Source of the DNA: Octopus bimaculoides
Taxonomy: Eukaryota
Direction: 5' to 3'
Assembly (NCBI RefSeq): GCF_001194135.2
Contig: NC_068998.1
Span: 2,490,494 to 2,554,493 of the forward strand
Length of the DNA: 64,000 bases
The position numbers and the translations under genes are program-made. A model generated the notes under the pieces. That model had not been told where the DNA came from. It was given only the letters and a program-made list of their open reading frames with translations, and did not search any database. Every line of letters begins with the position of its first letter. The first letter of the stretch is position 1. This document shows, piece after piece, positions 36,410 to 51,230 of the stretch.

Positions 36410-36955
36410 ATGTGTATGTGTGCAGAGGTCACACCTATACGTTGAATCCGGTCTGTTGGCTGTCATTTCTTTTCTGCGGGCTCAGTTTTCAGCTGCCGCT
36501 ACCCTCAAATTCTCTTTGCCGGTCTGCAGTTGTTTGTGGAGAATGCCTCTCCAGTTGGTTTGGTCGGCTGCGAGATCCTCCCAGGAATTGGTACTGATGC
36601 CAAGTGCCTTCATGTTCTTCCCGCACACGTCCCTGTACCTCAGCTTCGGGCGGCCAATGTTTCTCTGCCCTGCGACAAGCTCTCCGAAAAGAACATCCTT
36701 TGGGATCCGACCATCCTTCAAACGGCGGACGTGGCCAATCCAGTGCAGCCGACGTTGTCTTAGCAAGATGAGCATGGTGGGAAGGCCAGCACGAGACAGA
36801 ACGTCAGTATTGGTTACTTTGTCTTGCCAGAGGATGCCGAGTATTCCTCGGAGGCTTCTGAGGTGGAAGGTGTTGAGCCGTTTCTCCTGGCGGGCGTACG
36901 CGGTCCATGTCTCGCTGCCGTATAACAGGGTGCTTGAGGACGCAAGCACTGTACA
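36410..36955 (-). mobile_element. 5'-truncated RTE (BovB-like) LINE, post-RT region
   Basis: LLYGSETWTAYARQEKRLNTFHLRSLRGILGILWQDKV..RQRRLHWIGHVRR.KDGRIPKD.LFGEL..G.R..GRPKLRYRD, followed by a truncated CDLC zinc-knuckle region. Confidence 0.92.
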
Positions 36956-39900
36956 CACCCAAACTCTCTCTCTCTCTCCCTCCCTCTCTCTATCTCCCAG
37001 TAATTGTATGTTCCGCACACTTAAGACTGCAAGTGGTCTGACACACTTATTGCAAATTTAATTACCTCTAATCTGAAATGACCAAATTTGTATGACACAT
37101 TACATTAGGGTCTCACAAACATAAATATATAATTAATATGGCGTGTTGAAAACCTCACAATACGGAGATTATTTATACAGTCAGCAGATAAAATCTTCTT
37201 GTAAGTTTGTTTTAAAATCTATTAAATGGCTTTTTAAAAAGAGCGAGAGCAGTGCTTTTTCTCCTCGTCGCTGAGATAGTTGTTGGTAGGTTTACAACAG
37301 AAACGAAACGCTGGCGTTGGTTACTCATTAGTCACGGGATCTGTCAATTTCTTAAGAGTAGCAGGTTGGACTGCCTCTGCTGCAGCTTTCATGGTCGCCC
37401 ATAAGACATCTTTCGACGTAAAAGATGGAGGAAGCGATAGTAAACGACCTGTGGACACATCGACGGCTCTAATCACTGCCACCTGCTCTGAAATGGCCCA
37501 GTCCATCTAGCTTCAAGCAGATACTGCAATGTAGGAACAACTCGCCACTATAAACCCTCGTTACGGTACAATAGGAATGGTTTGGTAGCTTGGAGCATTG
37601 AATTCAACTCTGAATTCAATATATATCTGAAGCAGCAACGCCAATACTTAACCACAAACTAAAACCATTCAAACGTCTCCATTCTGCCTTTCGATCAAAC
37701 TCGGGACTATCTGGCGACACGCATATGTACACCACACACACACACACACACACCAAACTAATCCAACTATTGTATATGTTTATAGAGCAGTATTTAATTC
37801 CGTCTCTCTATGTTCTGAGTTTGAATCTCGCCAATGAGATTTTGTCTCTCAAGCTCTCTGTCTTTCTAGTCAATAAAATAAACGCCATTTACATACGAGT
37901 GTCGATATAATCGTATGTTCTCCCCGTTCACCCAAAGCTCGTTAAAAACGCTTATTACGCGTGGAGAGGGGGGAGTTGGGGTTGACCATGAATGAACAGA
38001 TCGGAGGAGTGCTGAAACGAAAAGGGGCTGTTTAGTCAGGTCCCTTTATAGTCTGAATTTAAATCCTGTCGAGGTCTTTGTTATCTTATCCTTTCCAGAT
38101 CGACAAAAATAAATAACCAGTCACGTACTGGATTAAGATAATCTTGACTTTGTGCCTATCTCAGAAATCATTGTTACTCATATTTATTGCTTACCACCAA
38201 ACACATACAATCGCCGCTAGCAGAATAGATTCTGCGTAAACCCCCTCCATACCGATTTGTAATTGTCCCCTCACCCGTCACCCTTATGGCAAAATAAATT
38301 ACTGTTGTGGCGAGTTGGTAGAATAGTTAGAGCGTCGGGGAAAAAAGCTTTACAATGTTTCTTCCGAGTTCGGATCCTTTCAGTTTCGCAAATTCAAAGT
38401 TTAAAGAAAATTTCAAAATTTAGTACATTAATGTAGTTTTCCAAACTGAATCTAAGGAGATATTTCACTTTTCCTCAAAAAAAAAAAAAAAAAAAATTAT
38501 AGAGGTTTAAAGTTTGATAATTTTCACCCAATCAGAAAACAGGATTTGAAAACTATTCGTGACAGCACATGTTGTCAACTGTAAACAAATGAAATGCTTT
38601 ACGCACGCCATATAACCCCTCATAACTTTTTTTTTTTTTGAAGAATTTTCAGAAACTTTTTGCAAATTTGTATTCTACACACGAGAATTCATACGATTAT
38701 GCAAAACAAAAAAAATAATAATTTGTGAGTGCCTATTTAAGGCCTATTTAGCTGTTATTTTAGCACGTCTCAACACAAGCTCAATGAATAGAATATATTT
38801 GTCAACACGTGCTTCCTCGCAGACAAAAGTGTTCTCATGCTTGGCTTGTTACTATGAAAGCAGGCATGAATGTGTCCGTGGATTACGATTGACTAGAGTT
38901 ACACAAAATTTGCAAATTTCAAAAGCTATTAACTCTTTATTTATTGATTTATGGCGAAAATGAATTTCAAGGCATTGATTAGCATATAAAACTATATCAT
39001 TACACCGAATATGAAATCAATTCGAACAGAAATTGAAGAGATTGAAAATTGACAGCCAAACAGAAAAGATCCGTGAGTTCAAATCTCACTGAAATCAACT
39101 TTGCCTTTCACTCATCCCGAGTCGATAAAGTAAAGTACCAGTCATGTACTCTCAAATATACTGATCCGGTGTCTCAACCAGAAATCATTATTATTGTAGA
39201 CTGGTCAGGTATGGGGGTACTGATTCGGTAACTTCACCTACAGCCTTCATTTACTGTATCTTGGCGTAAACATCTTGTAGTAGTAGTAGTAGTAGTAGTT
39301 GTTGTTGTTGTAGCAGCAGCAGCAGTAGTAGTAGTAGTAGTAGTAGTAAAATTTCTTAAATCCTAGCGATGACATTTCAAAGACAGTGAGAGCATTTTAT
39401 TACGGAAGTATACTGTATAGGTGGGTTACATGTTGCAGAAGTACGTACGTCGGTTGGCTCATATTTTTAGGAAGCTGGGATGAATTGGCCGGGAAATAGG
39501 AGAAATTCTAGCACAAGAAAGTTGGCTTGGTTTGGCTTGATTCACTTTCCATCCGCTTGTTAACCTACCCCTACATCCACTACCTCCATCAGTTCTCTCA
39601 CATCCATCATCTTCATCCTCTCTCATTCACACACACACACACATATATGAGGGTGGGGGCATCTCTTTATTCATCTCTTGTCTTATCCTTTCACACGTTC
39701 ACAGAAATAAATTACATCTATATAAAGACTTCCCGTTATAATTGCGGAATGTTATTCCACGGCAGATGATACACACATACGATCTTTAAATAGTCTGAGC
39801 AAATTGAACAAAGGTCACAAACTCTTGGAATCGGAGAATTGGGAAAGAAAATAGATTCGATCGATCGAACTCACCACTGTGCAAAAGCAACAAAAATACG

Positions 39901-42900
39901 AGTTTTCTTCGCACCACCACCACCACCACCACCATGATCATAATTATTACCACCACCACTACCATCGTCACCATCCATTAGATTTGATCTCGTTAACACA
40001 GGATATATGTACCATTCCTATATTCTTCAAGATCTTACGATTCTAGCAGATATGAAGAAATATTCTGTTCAACGTATTCTATTCAAGATGGCAGGAATTC
40101 AAATCTCGGGCAGACACTTTGTTGCGTTTCTGAACAGGTGTACAATTTAATCTACCTTAACCCCTGTACATTTAGTTGCCTGGTTAGAATGCCAGACAGC
40201 AGATCATACAACGCAATCACTGGAACACAGACGTACTGTTTTCTGTCTTTGACACCTCCATTGTAACTGTTACGGTAGATGCTCCTGCAGACAACGTAAA
40301 CAGTCTACCATCCGAGTTCAGTCAAAACAACGAAGGGGCCTCTATGCGATCTGCTAGATATAATAGCTAAATGTTCTCCGAATCACATACCAGTCTTAAA
40401 GAACAGATTGGATAAAGTAATTATATCAAAATAAGACATGACGATCACGACTTGCACGACTGGAACGCCTACGATCATGGTTTTAGCTCAATCAGGATAG
40501 ATTTGGTTGGGGGTTTGGCGAGTCTTTTGTTATCGCTACGGCATCTCATTCTGCAGATCCAACGAAAGACACTTAGCCCAACCTTTTCTCATTTCTGCCT
40601 GCCTCACCCGACTCCAAACAACAAATCCACACAAGTATCAATGACACCGGTTTGGGAACGTCTACAAAGGTCATGGCATTTCACTAGTTTAGGAAGATCT
40701 ACAAAGGTCATGGGATGTGCCCTTTTTTTTTTTACCCTGCTATTTAAATAATAACAACAACAACAGTAAGCTTTAATAAAAGAAAAAACGGTATGAGATT
40801 CAATCTGTAATTTGTTACATCACTTCGTGGTACCTAATTACAGCCAAATCGACTGTTATTACAAAAAAAAAATGAATATTAAACAAAGACTGACAGGAAG
40901 CGACTTCACGTCTGATACCCTAAGCCATTCGGTTGCACACACTACCTGTAATTGATTTATTCCAATGTATACCTTCGTTTCTGATGCTGTTAACTCTCTT
41001 GTCATTCTATCTTCTACCATTTCTAAATATCGTCGTAATCGATTTATGGACCTTCGGTTATCGATCTACTGGTATATTAGTAGTTGATCGAGCATATATA
41101 TGGCATCGTAGGCGATGCCTCAGAAGTGAAAGAGCAAATAACGTGAAGTGAAGACACGGGTGATTTGAGAGACATCTTTTGGCGCACGGCGAGGTATGCG
41201 GGTAGTGAGTGTCTCCGAGTCTCGATTTCTAGTCGTCGAAAAGAATTTTACAATGTAGCTTTATCTAACCAGCACTTCTGTTTGACCCAATACATCGGAT
41301 CTAGAATATTAACCACGCCGAGCTCGACTTTGCCTTTCATCCTTTCGGGGTCGATTAAATAAGTACCAGTTACGCACTGTAATCGACTTAATCCCTTTGT
41401 CTGTCCTTGTTTGTCCCCTCTATGTTTAGCCCCTTGCGGGCCATAAAGAAATAAATGTTAACCACGTTGCACACCGAGTTATTTATTTCTTGATTGTATA
41501 TAAGTCGACATACAACATATATGAAACAAACACCCACCAAATAGTCACTAGTTTGTTTAGGAAGCCGTGGTAGGAGACGAGAGTATCTACTCTCTAACAA
41601 AGAACTTTGATGGAAAAGTTAGTACTTTCATCTCAGTTCGGCAACTGCAATACGTGCACACACACACACAGTTATTCGCAGACGCATAAGTGATTAAATG
41701 TTCACACACACCCATCTACATATACGTATAGCCACATATGAAGAAAATGGGTTTTATACCTAAGATACGCACACATATATATTAGCCTAATTAATAATTG
41801 AGCCCTAACTCAGCCAGCAACATATTTTGTCCCTTAGTTTCCGGTATCTTTTTATTTGTTCATTCACCATACACCTTTAATGCACGCACATTTCCTTGTT
41901 AAACCTACGATCTATTTATATAAATACCTACAAGCCAATTAACCATTTAGAACTAGTCTACCTGCTTATACATAAATAATGTGTGTATATAGCAAGCAGG
42001 TATGCATGCACACACACACACATACGTATATACACATACACATACACATACATAAATACGCACTCACACACCATTATCAGCTTTGAGCCAGCTGTTTAGG
42101 GTTCGTCTATAGATTTCAGTAAAGAGGTAGACGTACATGGGGGATGAGGATGAGGATGAGAGTGCCAACGGCGGCGACTGTGATGGTGGTTGGAGAGTGT
42201 ATGTTTGTTTATAACACATCTTGGTTTTCTTTCTACCCACTATCAAGATTACAGAGGCCATCTCGTGTGTGTGTGTGTATCTAGCTTCCAGCTTCCCCAA
42301 CTCTCCGTCCGTCTGTTCAAACCCATGGGAGCCGCTGGATGTCATGTGTGTGTGCGTGTACCTAAACGTTTGTTTCTAAACGGAACCAAGGTCACACCCT
42401 ACTCACTCCCCCACTGTCAGTTAACTTCAATTATCGGCTAGTCGCTCCCTATGGTTGTCTCGATAACTTTTTACAAAATACCACCAATCCGCTCTCCCTT
42501 CTTTCTCTCTCTCTCTCTCTCTCACTCACACACACACACACACACACAATTGGAATAGACAGTAGATATCCACCCCACCTCCATACCTCTACTTAGCCCT
42601 TCAATTTCAGGGATGTTTTACTCCAACTTTCTCTACTCTTTGTACGTAAGATAGATTTCCTGCTTATGCTTTCGTTGTTGTTGTTGTTGTTGTTATTGGT
42701 AACGATGGCGGCAGTGAAATTGGTGTGGAATTTGGTGGTGGCACCGGTGATAGTCATGAGGCGTTGGAAATGGTGCGGGGGGTGGAGTAGGGCAACGGTG
42801 ATGGGAACTGGATCTATCTTATTACACGGCACTATCTTTACGGTGTGTGAATGGATAACATTTCACTTATTAATGTTCGGGAGTAACTGAACTTACATAC

Positions 42901-42994
42901 ACACACAGATACATTCATACTTCCGTATGAATGTGTACGTATATAGTCTACCTCTTGCGTCTGTGGTTGTGTGTTTGAGCGCGTGAATGTGCTA

Positions 42995-43069
<75 letters not shown>

Positions 43070-43422
43070 TGGGGTTATGTTGTACACCACACAGCGTATA
43101 AATGCCCTCTATCAGGATATAGGGATATAGATTTCTGGATCTAAAATGATTTTATGACTCCTAACAGAAAACCTGCTGGTTTATGTATGATTAAAGGTAG
43201 TCTTCCACGAAGTCGCTCGACCTATTAGATACAGCAGTCGAATCACCTTTCGTATCGCATTCGTACACACACCTTGACATCTTGGGAAGGGGAAATGTCT
43301 AAGAGTTAAAAAAAAAAAGAAAAAGCAGAAACGGTTGGAACGCATTTGGTCATGCCTGGTCGATAACACTGGTCCTGCACATCATTTCGACGAGTCAGAT
43401 ATACATACGTGCATATTATATA

Positions 43423-43798
43423 TATTCTTTTACTTGTTTCAGTCATTTGACTGCGGCCGTGTTGGAACACCGCCTTTAGTCAAACAAATTGACCCCAGGA
43501 CTTATTCTTTGTAAGTCTAGTACTTATTTTATTGGTCTATTTTGCCAAACTGCTAAGTTACTGGGACGTAAACACACCAACATCGGTTGTGAAGCGATGG
43601 TGGGAGGACAAACACACACACACACATATATATATATATGACAAGCTTCTTTTAATTTCCGTCTAACAAATCCACTCACAAGGCTTTGGCCAGCTCGAAG
43701 CTATAGTAGAAGACATTTGCCCAAGGTGCCACGCAATGGGACTGAACCCGGAACCATGTAGTTGGTAAGCAAGCTACTTACCACAGTCACTCCTGTGC
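43423..43798 (-). mobile_element. SINE family A, full length, CpG-retaining
   Basis: Reverse complement of the 13651 element over its whole length. Confidence 0.8.
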
Positions 43799-46424
43799 TA
43801 GCTTGTGCACATGCCCCCCACCCTCCAATAAGTGTTGCCACATCGCCAACGATGTAACTGTTGATCAGAACACACAAGCAAAGTGACAACACTTGAGGGA
43901 GTGTTATGAAGCTGAGTGGGCAGGGAAACTAAGGGTATACAGTTTCTGAAGAGTGGTCACACAGCCACGAAATATAATCAAGATAACCTTTCTTTTTTTT
44001 TTTCAGTATATGAAGAAAATTTAAAATTTATAATCGATATAATGTGGACAATTGGCAGAATCGTTGGAGCCATCGGTTAGATTGTTTTGGGGCAACCGTT
44101 GCAACTCTCTGCTCTGAGGTCGACTTTGGTCGCACTATGAGACAGAACTTAAAACCATGTGGTTGGGAAGCGAACTTCTCAACCATACAGCCATGTGCGT
44201 GCGTGCGTGCGTGCGTGTGTGTGTTATTCAGACATGATCAAATGTTTCAGTCATGATTATCTTCTCTTTTATTCAGACCCAGTGTATCTAGGACTACATC
44301 ATCAATTGTATGTTTTCTTTTTTAAAGACTTCAGGGTGTGATTTCAAAGTGATCTTGTTGCTATTTTCAGCATGTTTATCAACTACATAGAGGTCCACCC
44401 TCCATTGTGCCTCTGTGTGTGTGTGTGTGTGTGATGACACTGTGTTCTAGGAGTAGCTCAGGCTTTAATACAATGTGGTCCAAGTGGAGTTCCACCTGCC
44501 TTTGTAATCAACAATCTTGAGTAGATGTCAAGTGAGAACTCGTCTAATGAAACTCTCCACACAAATCTATCTGAAGTAATTATGTCAACAGCTTTCACTA
44601 TCCTTTTCAAAAGTATTACATCATGTCCTTAAGGCAAGTGGACTTTTCTTGCTAAGAGACCATCAAATATATGTATGTATAAATATGTATATATTGATTT
44701 TTATAAACAAAAATTTGATACAGTCACAAATTAATTATATTAAAAAAATCTTTAAAAAAAAACAGTTAGACAAAGGCCTTAGGGAAGAAAGTGTGTTGTG
44801 TTCAGTACTTTTCGCTGATTTCAGCTTTTCAAGCACACGTGTTATAATGTAATCCTTGTAGAGATTGTTGTTTCTTGCAGCGGTGTTCCATAAGGTTGTA
44901 TTTTTGTCTCTTTTTAAGGATTTTTATGTAATTAATTTTTTTCAATTCATGAAAATATTTCTTCATATGTGTGTGTGTGTGTTTGTGTGGCTGCATGGTT
45001 AAGAAGTTTGCTTTGCAATCATGTGGGCTTAGGTTCAGTCCCACTGCACAGTACTTTGGTCAAATGCTGAGCTGTTTTATAGGTGAATAGATAGATGAAA
45101 ACTGTGTGGAAACCTGATGTGTGTAAGAGAGAGAGAGAGAAATGAACAAGGTAGAAGAGTATCAGCTCATAAAAGGATATCGAGTTGCACATGGACATGA
45201 AGATGTGTACGAGTCAAGGGTGGAGCCTTTATGCAGTTAGTCGACCAGTTAGAGATAACAACCAAATCTCTTTTGAATCTCACCCAACTACCTTAGAAAA
45301 GGAAGGATGATATGGTCCTAGACATACTGATTAAAATACAGGATGGCCACCTTTGACCAGAGGTCAGATGAATCAGGACCAACCTAGCACTAAAGAACAA
45401 CATGATTCATCAGTAGTGCTCCAGCCTGGCCTATATATTTTGGGAGTCACTAGTTGTGTAGTTTCTCATATATAACAAGAAACCTATAATTTGGGGCCCT
45501 TTTCGAGACTAATGTCTAGTTGCCCGGGTTAAAGAGAATAATGAAATCTAAAAACGCCGTCTAGACTACGCATCATCTTTATATATAGAGATGTATATAC
45601 ACACACGCACCCAAACACACGTATATATATGTATATCAATATAAATATATTAAAGTCAATGAAGTTTCGTAAAAGAAGGTGATCATGTACATACTTTCTT
45701 GCTGTTGTGATTATAACACCTCATTGTAAACTATGTTCCTTGTTTTCCCTTGTGGAGCATATACAAATAGGTTTTTTGTTGCTGCCCACTCTTGAGCAGC
45801 CAACATACAGTTGTCCATGTGAGAAGCAAGGCTCTTCCAAGAGAAGACCAGCTACAGACNNNNNNNNNNNNNNNNNNNNNNNNNNNNNNNNNNNNNNNNN
45901 NNNNNNNNNNNNNNNNNNNNNNNNNNNNNNNNNNNNNNNNNNNNNNNNNNNNNNNNNNNNNNNNNNNNNNNNNNNNNNNNNNNNNNNNNNNNNNNNNNNN
46001 NNNNNNNNNNNNNNNNNNNNNNNNNNNNNNNNNNNNNNNNNNNNNNNNNNNNNNNNNNNNNNNNNNNNNNNNNNNNNNNNNNNNNNNNNNNNNNNNNNNN
46101 NNNNNNNNNNNNNNNNNNNNNNNNNNNNNNNNNNNNNNNNNNNNNNNNNNNNNNNNNNNNNNNNNNNNNNNNNNNNNNNNNNNNNNNNNNNNNNNNNNNN
46201 NNNNNNNNNNNNNNNNNNNNNNNNNNNNNNNNNNNNNNNNNNNNNNNNNNNNNNNNNNNNNNNNNNNNNNNNNNNNNNNNNNNNNNNNNNNNNNNNNNNN
46301 NNNNNNNNNNTATACATGTATATGTATACATATACATCTCTCTCTCTCTCTTTCTGTCTCTGTGAAAGTATCTGTCACTACAGTATCGAAATGTGATTGT
46401 TTTTGTTTCACTTTTGACACGTAA

Positions 46425-46639
46425 TACTTAAATAGTGGAGGAGATATTATGTTGCCGTGGGCTCGAACTCTGCAAGAAGTTAATAATTTTTTTTGACTAA
46501 AACACAACTGGAACCCTAAGTAAGGCATGTGTAAAATTTGAATGAAATTGGTTGCGTAGTTCTCGAGTTTTAGGGATTCACACACACAGACAGACAGACA
46601 GACCGACAGACACACATTCTCATTTTTATATATATAGAT
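46425..46639 (-). mobile_element. Non-autonomous Helitron/Helentron-like element (Lep1/DINE-like layout)
   Basis: Minus strand starts ATCTATATATATAAAAATGAGAATG, then a (CTGT)n block, then CTAAAACTCGAGAACTACGCAACCAATTTCATTCAAATTT. Resemblance is from recall; the distal boundary is approximate. Confidence 0.55.
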
Positions 46640-49600
46640 TGTCTGTGAAATTTACAAAGTATAAAATTTCTGCTAGTGACTAACAGCTGGTACTTAAAAG
46701 TCAGCTGCCATGATACGTATGGGTGGAGCATCACATTTCTTTGATCAAACATCTCATATACCTTTGTATCTGGGCTGTAATTTGTCTTTTGTAACAAAGA
46801 AGAAGAGTGGCCTCTTTTACTGGAATTAAAACTGAAGTCTAAACACCTAAAACTGCACCATCAGGCTAGATGTGTATGATCTCTTTCTAGGTTTTTAAAC
46901 CTCAAATTATTTTTAGATATTTAAAACCATATTTTTTAATAATGTATTTCTTTGTCTATTGCTTAGACCAGGAGGTAATTATTCCAGTAATCTATATAAA
47001 TTTGTCGAATTTGGCTAGAAAAGTACATGTCATTGTGACTACAAAAACTGAATGAGCGCACCCAAATTGCAACACATTCTTTGGTAAATTAGTTGGTTCC
47101 AGGAATTTTAATTTTGTTTTAAGAGCAACACACACACAATGAATATTGCTGCTTTTAATTGAAATAAGATATATAATGTAGTTGTATGCTGTCAACTTAA
47201 TGTGACAGTCCCAGGCTTTCTATGGCTGGATGCCCTTCCTAATGCTGACCACTTTACAGAATGTGTTGGATGCTTTTTACATGGAACCAGCGAACAGTGT
47301 TTTTGCATGGCACCAGCACAGAACTCTTGTAAATATTTATCCTTCACCTGTTTCAGTCATTTGACTGCAGCCATGCTGGAGCACAACCTAGAAGGATCTA
47401 GTCAAACAAATTGACTACAGAACTTTTTTTAAAGCCTGATGCTTACTCTATCAGTGCATTTTTGCTGAGCTGCTAAGTTATGGGGATGTAAACAAACCAA
47501 AGCTGGTTGCGAGGCATTTGCCCAAAGTCTGACACAGTGGGACTGAACCCAAGACCATGAGGTTGGGAAGCAAGCTTCTTATCCACACACACAATGTTAT
47601 CTGTTCCAAAAAACTAAAGGAAGTGAAAAGTAAAGAATTTAGGTTCTCTACAGAGAAACATGGCATAGTGGCAAAAGGTTTAAACCAAATCCCCAAGTTG
47701 CTAATTCACTGAGTATGTCTTCATGATTGATTATCTCAAATAAGTTTTGGCCACCAGTGACCACAGAATAAAAATAAATTAAAAAAAAGAAAGAAAATTA
47801 CAGGAAATGTGAACATACAGCATTACTGTGGTAGTGGTAGCGAGGGTGGTGGTGGTGAGAGTGGTGTGGATTCACATATGACAAACACATTAAACATTCA
47901 TTCATCATTGCAGAGTCTTTATCTACTTTAATCTATTTATGATCAGATGCTTCTTGAGAGAGGGTGATGGTGGCCTGTGGTTGCAGCTGGCTAATATTCC
48001 TATTGCCCACTGGGAAGGGGGGGGGGGCGTGAGAGAGAGAGAGAGATGAAGGTGTTCTCATTACATATAAACATTAAAATACTTCTCATGTTTGATCAAA
48101 AAATTTCAGCAAGAAGATGCTCTTCCATCATCAAAAAGTTGCTAGTTTGCTCACACACACACATTCCCCTGGTTTCAGTCATTGAATTGAGGTCATACTG
48201 GAGCATAGCCTCTGAGGATATAATTGGTTTTAAACTCAAGGAAATGAAAAGTGAAGTTAACCTGGAAGAGATTTCAAGCCAGAACTTCAGGGCCCAGTCA
48301 AATACCACATTGCCCTTTCATATGTTCTATTTTGACAAGGTTTTTGTGGCTGAATACCTTTCCTAATGCCAACCAATTTACAGAATGTACTCAGAGCATT
48401 TTATAGTAGAACCAGCATTAGAGAAGTCACAGTGAAATAGTAGAATGGTTATTCTTCGTTATAAACGTTGCTCTGTCTTCAGATTTTACTGAAGAACATC
48501 TTGGCACCATTCAAATTGTTAATAAAGAATGGTAAGGCAGAGGCCAGCTTTGATCAAAGACAGGTTACTCATGGCCATTATCCAGGCATAGTGCATCTAG
48601 GATTATATTATCTAATATGTCCTTCCTGTTTTAAAGCAAATGTGTTTTGAGTGACCATATAGAAGCCGTTTACATGTGTCAGTGTAAATATGTGTCTAGG
48701 ACTACATTATCCTAATCACTTTTTTAATGGTAGGATCTAAATGCGATTTGGTTGCTATTTTTAGCATCTTGATCGACCACAAAGAGGCAGATGTAGCAGT
48801 GTTGTAGTTGATGATGTTTCATCAGTTACTATAAGCCAGGCTTGATTCAGCAAGCTTATGATGAAAGGCATCCAGTCATGGCCATCCTGTTTTTTTTTTT
48901 TTGTCAGTCATAATGTATATAGGACTACATTATCCAATGTGTATTTTAAGGATGGTAAGGTATGATTTGAGGTAAACTTGGCTGGTACTTTTAGCAGATC
49001 AACATAGAAGCCCCCTCATACTTGGTACTGTTCTTGCTAACTCACTTCCTACTTTTGTTTTCAATTCTGTAATTCTAGAATGACTAATTCAAATTGACTT
49101 CTTAAAATTGGTATGTGTGTGAAGTGCATGGTGTGCATGTGTCTGCTTGTGTATCCTTCCCAGATTCAGAGGAGCAAGAAAATGAGATTGTATGACATTC
49201 ATGCCTATCTCTTGGAAATTCAAAACCATGCCTTGATGGCATTCCCTACACAAAGAATGTAGAATTAATGAATCTGGTGTGATAGAATTTTGCAACTCCT
49301 TGTTCTTTCTTGAAGTAAAAATATAAAGAACAAGTATAAATATAAAAACCCAACCTAAAAATATCATAGAAGGCAGTTTGACCACAGATTTGAGATTTCT
49401 GAGAAATTAGGGATGGGTAAATTCTTTAATGTTCTTTTTAAAAATAGGAAACAAGAACTACCACCACCACCACCACCACTGAGAATTTCCTCTTCACCAT
49501 CTGGAGAGATAATTATTTTTACAGGTCACTCTTCCCCACCTTCATTTCTATGAGTTTCATTCAAATTGACATCTACATTTTTTGGTCTTTTTTTCATGAG

Positions 49601-50830
49601 TTTAGCCAATAAAAATGAATGCCACCAGAATGGCCATCCTTACTTAGTGACCCCTCTCAATACACATGAGACTGGACAGCTGGTGCCAGTGCCAAGGGAG
49701 GTGGTGTAAATAACAACAATGACCTTTTGCAAGACTTTCAAAATGGGTGTAGACTGGAGTTCTGGTTAATCAGCTTCTTAGATTCCTATTATGGTGAATG
49801 GTCAGAAGACATGGAGGCTGCATTTGAAAATAGATAATTATCCTTTATCTTTCACTGGCTTCTTTCAGTTTCTGTCTACCAAATCCACTCACAGTGGGAC
49901 TGAACCCAAAACCATTTTGTTGGGAAGCAAGTTTCTTACCACACAGCCATGCCTGCACACACACACACTAGTTAATTTAGAGTTAACATATTTCATGTAG
50001 CTAACATTAAAATGCTAACCAGATATAATCATGTAATGAATAAAGAAGTCTTATTTATTGCTTATTCTATTATTTTGTAAATACAAGAGAATTATTTCTA
50101 AATAGCTTTTCAATGCTGCTTTCATTGAATATTTTTTTATATTCTGGTGTTGGATAAATAATTTAATGAAGCAGTGAACTGCTATTACTATTAACGACTC
50201 GCAGCGAACTGCTTGCCCAATCAATTGCTCACAATCAATTGCTGATGACTCGACAACTGTCAATTTAATAGAGATGTGTCAGTCCACTTTTAGTCACATG
50301 AGGGCGGTCGGAATCCTTCCACAACATCTCCTCTTTTTAGAATTAGTCTCTCCTAACTTCTCCCCTTTTGACAATTAAACTCCGCTCAGAGTTTTAATAT
50401 CTCTTACACTTAGGGTTCAATTCCAGTGTGTCTGTTCTTTTCAATTTTCTGGTGCTAGAACATGTAGTTTCAAATTGTTTGGCTGTTGGTACTTCAAATA
50501 TGTCATACAATACTTCCATGGGGATTTCATTTCTCATGACTCATTTTTCCATGAATCTTTTTTTAAGTTGGTTAATGTCTTTTTATGTTCAACATTGTTT
50601 CCTTTTACCAGGAATAACACTTTTCCAATTTGTTTAATAATTACACTATCCTCTTACCTTTCTTTTCCATATCTATAGGTTTAAAAAAAAAATTTGTCAC
50701 CTAACTTCAAGAATTCTGAAGTATTTTTGTTGTTTGCTTTTTTCTATTTTTACTCGATATCAATTTATCAAAAGTGGATCTGATCTTTCTAGCAAACATC
50801 AATTCTAAACCCGGATCATTATTTCATTAT

Positions 50831-51230
50831 GTGCAGGCATGACTGTGTAGTAAGTAGTTTGCTTCCCAACCATATGGTTCTGGGTTCAGTTTCTGCATAG
50901 CACCTGAAGCAAGCATCTTCTTCTATAGCCCTGGGTCAACCAAAGCCTTGTGAATCAATTTGGTTGACAGAAACTGAAAAAAGCTCATTGTGTGTATGTG
51001 TGTGTATGTGCATGTCTTTACATGTGTGTTTGTTCCCCACAACCATTTGACAACTGCTGTTGGTTTGTTTACATCCCTGTAACTTAATGATTCAGCAAAA
51101 GTGACCATTAGAATAAGTACTAGGCAAAATAAGTCCTGGGGTGGATTTGTTTGACCAAAAGCCATTCAAGGTGGTGCCCCAGCATGGCCACAGCCAAATG
51201 ATTGACACAAGTAAAAGAATAAAAGATAAA
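50831..51230 (+). mobile_element. SINE family A, full length, CpG-decayed
   Basis: Colinear with the other family A copies, with systematic CG>TG/CA changes. Confidence 0.8.

Noticed and set aside
37321-37506. Protein-like ORF MDWAISEQ...LWATMKAAAEAV
   Set aside because: No recognisable domain or splice sites; at most a LINE linker remnant.
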